In this document: positions 62,085-64,000 of the stretch, piece by piece
Numbering within the stretch: position 1 is the stretch's first letter
Layout: each line of letters starts with the position of its first letter
Source of the DNA: Candidatus Bathyarchaeia archaeon
Lineage (GTDB): Archaea; Thermoproteota; Bathyarchaeia; Bathyarchaeales; Bathycorpusculaceae
Length of the DNA stretch: 64,000 nucleotides
Reading direction: 5' to 3'
NCBI GenBank assembly: GCA_041447175.1
Contig: CP166960.1
Coordinates: 703,507 to 767,506, forward strand
Translations under genes and position numbers: made by a program
The notes under the pieces: model-generated
Databases searched by the model: none
What the model saw: the letters and a program-made list of their open reading frames with translations, nothing else
What the model was told of the DNA's origin: nothing

Positions 62085-62783
62085 ATGACTATACCAAATT
62101 CGCGGCTTCTCAATGTGGGTGTGCTGATTGTTCTGCTTGTTTTCTTAGGGGTGCTTGCGTTCTTTGTTGTAACCACCACAAACCAGCCTCCTACGGACTC
62201 AATTCGTGTGGCCTGTGTCGGCGACAGCCTCACCCAATTAACCTACTACCCAAACGACCTTAAGCAAATGCTCGGTTCCGACTATACAGTTCGTAACTTC
62301 GGTGTTGGCTCCACCACTGTCTCGCTTGAATCCGAAACGCCATACATGAACACCAGCAAATTTCAGGACGCACTGGAGTTTAACCCTGACATAGTAGTCC
62401 TCATGCTGGGAACCAACGACGCCCAACCCAGCCTTCACCAGTACAACGCCAGTTTTGTGGACAACTACCTCACGCTGGTTGCCGCATTCCAAGCGCTTCC
62501 CAGTGACCCTCAAATCTGGATTGTGCTGCCCCCACCCATTTTTGATGACCAGTCAGGCAAAATAAGCCCCCAATATTTCGCTGACACCCTTATCCCCATC
62601 ATCGGGCAGGTGGCAGAGCAGGCTGACCTGCCAGTTATCGACGTGTATTCGGCTTTGGCTGATGGCGCACAGTATTTTCCTGACGGTGTCCACCCTGACC
62701 AAAAAGGCGCCGAGATAATCGCCCAAACGATATACAAAGCGTTAACTACACAAACAATTGAACCGACGCATTTGCCGTCCTAA
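62085..62783 (+). CDS. SGNH/GDSL hydrolase with N-terminal TM anchor
   Basis: Block I VACVGDSLT, block III GTNDA, block V DGVHPD. Confidence 0.75.
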   Translation: MTIPNSRLLNVGVLIVLLVFLGVLAFFVVTTTNQPPTDSIRVACVGDSLTQLTYYPNDLKQMLGSDYTVRNFGVGSTTVSLESETPYMNTSKFQDALEFNPDIVVLMLGTNDAQPSLHQYNASFVDNYLTLVAAFQALPSDPQIWIVLPPPIFDDQSGKISPQYFADTLIPIIGQVAEQADLPVIDVYSALADGAQYFPDGVHPDQKGAEIIAQTIYKALTTQTIEPTHLPS

Positions 62784-63448
62784 CAAACAATATGCGTGCA
62801 AACGGTGGGCTCCTCAGCTAAAACTGCCTTCAAGCGGTCGGGGAACTTGCCGTTTACAACAAAGCAATCTAACGGGTGCTCTAAAAGTAACTGGGGCAGA
62901 AACGTGTCTACGCTGGTGTGTTGCCCAAATTTTAGCAGTTCCCGCGCCGAAACTGTGTTGAGCAGTTTGGCGTTTGGGTTTTGTTTGGGGTTTTGGGTGA
63001 AGATGCCGTCTACGTCGGTGGCAAACACTACTTTTGGTGCGTCAAGTTGGTTGGCTATGTAGGCGGCGATGGAGTCCGAGGTGACTTCCCACGAAGGCGT
63101 GAACGGGTCGCCCTCAAGTAGCAGTGTAGCGGGCAGAAAAATGGGAACTGCGCCTGTGCCCGAAATCGTGAAGGCATCTTTGAGTGAGCGGCAAACCTGG
63201 CTATCAGGAATAAGCTGGGTGAGCAGCAAGCCGTACTGGTCCATGGCCAGAATTGCCATCCGATGCGACACCGCCGCAGGCAAGCTAAACTTGGCGTCCA
63301 AGTCCCTAACCGTGTCTGCGAATTTGCCCCCGCCGGGCACCACGACAATTTGGTGTGTCCTGGCGATTTCAGAAATTGCCTTCCCAAGTGCCTCTAAGGT
63401 TGCGGGGTCTTCGGATAGGCTGCCGCCGACTTTAATCACGGCATCCAA
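62780..63448 (-). CDS. Amino acid kinase family protein, MfnE-like ([5-(aminomethyl)furan-3-yl]methyl phosphate kinase family)
   Basis: AVIKVGGSL, IVVVPGGGKFAD and ATDVDGIF are motifs of the AA-kinase fold. At ~220 aa it has no ACT/PUA additions. It overlaps the adjacent hydantoinase-like gene. The assignment to MfnE is inferred from size and context. Confidence 0.55.
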   Translation of the reverse strand: MDAVIKVGGSLSEDPATLEALGKAISEIARTHQIVVVPGGGKFADTVRDLDAKFSLPAAVSHRMAILAMDQYGLLLTQLIPDSQVCRSLKDAFTISGTGAVPIFLPATLLLEGDPFTPSWEVTSDSIAAYIANQLDAPKVVFATDVDGIFTQNPKQNPNAKLLNTVSARELLKFGQHTSVDTFLPQLLLEHPLDCFVVNGKFPDRLKAVLAEEPTVCTHIVC

Positions 63449-64000
63449 TTAACATCCCTGACTTCCAGTTTGGTAGCCACCTTTAACGCTACACCCACCG
63501 AAGGAGAAACCAACGCCGTCCCCGCAGGGAGCACATCTTCGATGCTCACGATTTGAGCGATACCTGCCCGCTCTGCAGCTCTGCGAGCCAGAAAATCTTT
63601 GCCCATTCCCGTAACAACTACAGGAATTGTTCTTTTCGGGCTGCCTTTTACACGGCTGTAAATCTGATTTAGTGCTTCCGTAATCTGTCCTACTTGTTCT
63701 CGGTAAACTGCAACGGCAATCGCGTGAATTTCTTGCCCCGAAAGCATCTCCACATCGGCGCAGACCACCCGTGCCAAGCGTGCCGCAGCGTCGTCTACTG
63801 TTTTTCCTTTGCCATCAGCCGTTTCCGTCGTGTATTGCTCAGGGGTAATGTTGCCTAAAAAGAGGTGCACGTCGCCGCTTTGAGCAAACAGCTCTGAAGA
63901 AACCCTTGCCGCACCTCCATGCACAGGGACGCGGCTGACAACTGCCGCAACGTTGGTTCGCAGGCAGCCTGTGTACACAAGTTCGCCGTTTATGAGTTTC
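63436..64000 (-). CDS. Hydantoinase-A-like protein (probable H4MPT-linked C1-transfer pathway family), 5' end beyond the window
   Basis: GDVHLFLGNITPEQY...AAARLARVVCADVEML...IPVVVTGMGKDFLARRAAERAG resembles the C-terminal half of hydantoinase/oxoprolinase-like ATPases. The frame stays open to the window edge. Confidence 0.5.
   Translation of the reverse strand, partial: KLINGELVYTGCLRTNVAAVVSRVPVHGGAARVSSELFAQSGDVHLFLGNITPEQYTTETADGKGKTVDDAAARLARVVCADVEMLSGQEIHAIAVAVYREQVGQITEALNQIYSRVKGSPKRTIPVVVTGMGKDFLARRAAERAGIAQIVSIEDVLPAGTALVSPSVGVALKVATKLEVRDVNWMP

Overview
The window looks like an archaeal chromosomal segment. The markers are a proteasome alpha subunit, an archaeal-type UMP kinase, a Fap7-like kinase, a PUA protein, a DUF1922 zinc ribbon and a type-A-like RNase P RNA. 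There are also methanofuran genes (mfnA, mfnB) and HisA/HisF-related, amino-acid-kinase and hydantoinase-like genes, which are typical of organisms that use methanofuran/H4MPT. Several starts are preceded by GGAGGTGA-like ribosome-binding sites. My guess is a Bathyarchaeia/TACK-like lineage, but I cannot verify that without a database search.

Content:
- Pyrimidine genes pyrB and pyrH.
- Four ABC transport systems.
- PadR, TrmB, ArsR and small winged-helix (wHTH) regulators.
- Flavodoxins, methyltransferases, and a spermidine-synthase/membrane fusion.
- One tRNA-Pro(CGG) and an RNase P RNA.
- A VapBC-like pair.
- Many secreted or C-terminally anchored surface proteins (PQQ-like and YVTN-like propellers, a beta-helix protein, DGGY-repeat proteins).
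- No CRISPR array, rRNA, transposase or integrase was recognised.

Most notable observations:
1. A tightly coupled three-gene minus-strand cassette (44549-47872): a zinc-ribbon membrane protein, then a DUF2207-like membrane protein, then a radical SAM/SPASM enzyme. The DUF2207-like protein's predicted cytoplasmic C-terminus ends in an alternating Cys-Ala tail (10 Cys in 21 residues). The radical SAM enzyme carries an N-terminal PqqD-like peptide-recognition domain. I flag it as a candidate protein-tail (RiPP-like) modification system.
2. A wHTH + ATP-cone + class III ribonucleotide reductase (RNR) fusion whose glycyl-radical motif is replaced (RFSNT-stop).
3. A stand-alone NurA-HerA pair in a compositionally distinct block, with a divergent small wHTH gene and inverted repeats.
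4. A diverged duplicate of the last ~60 nt of the RNase P RNA gene, lying 1.3 kb downstream and bracketing a single surface-protein gene.
5. Three perfect 153-bp in-frame tandem repeats in a surface-protein gene.
6. Gene decay: a CheA remnant, a frameshifted Kelch-like gene and an N-terminally short PIN toxin.
7. A 12-bp-phased array of four RATATC hexamers upstream of padR.

All functional calls rest on motifs read by eye. No HMM or BLAST search was possible.
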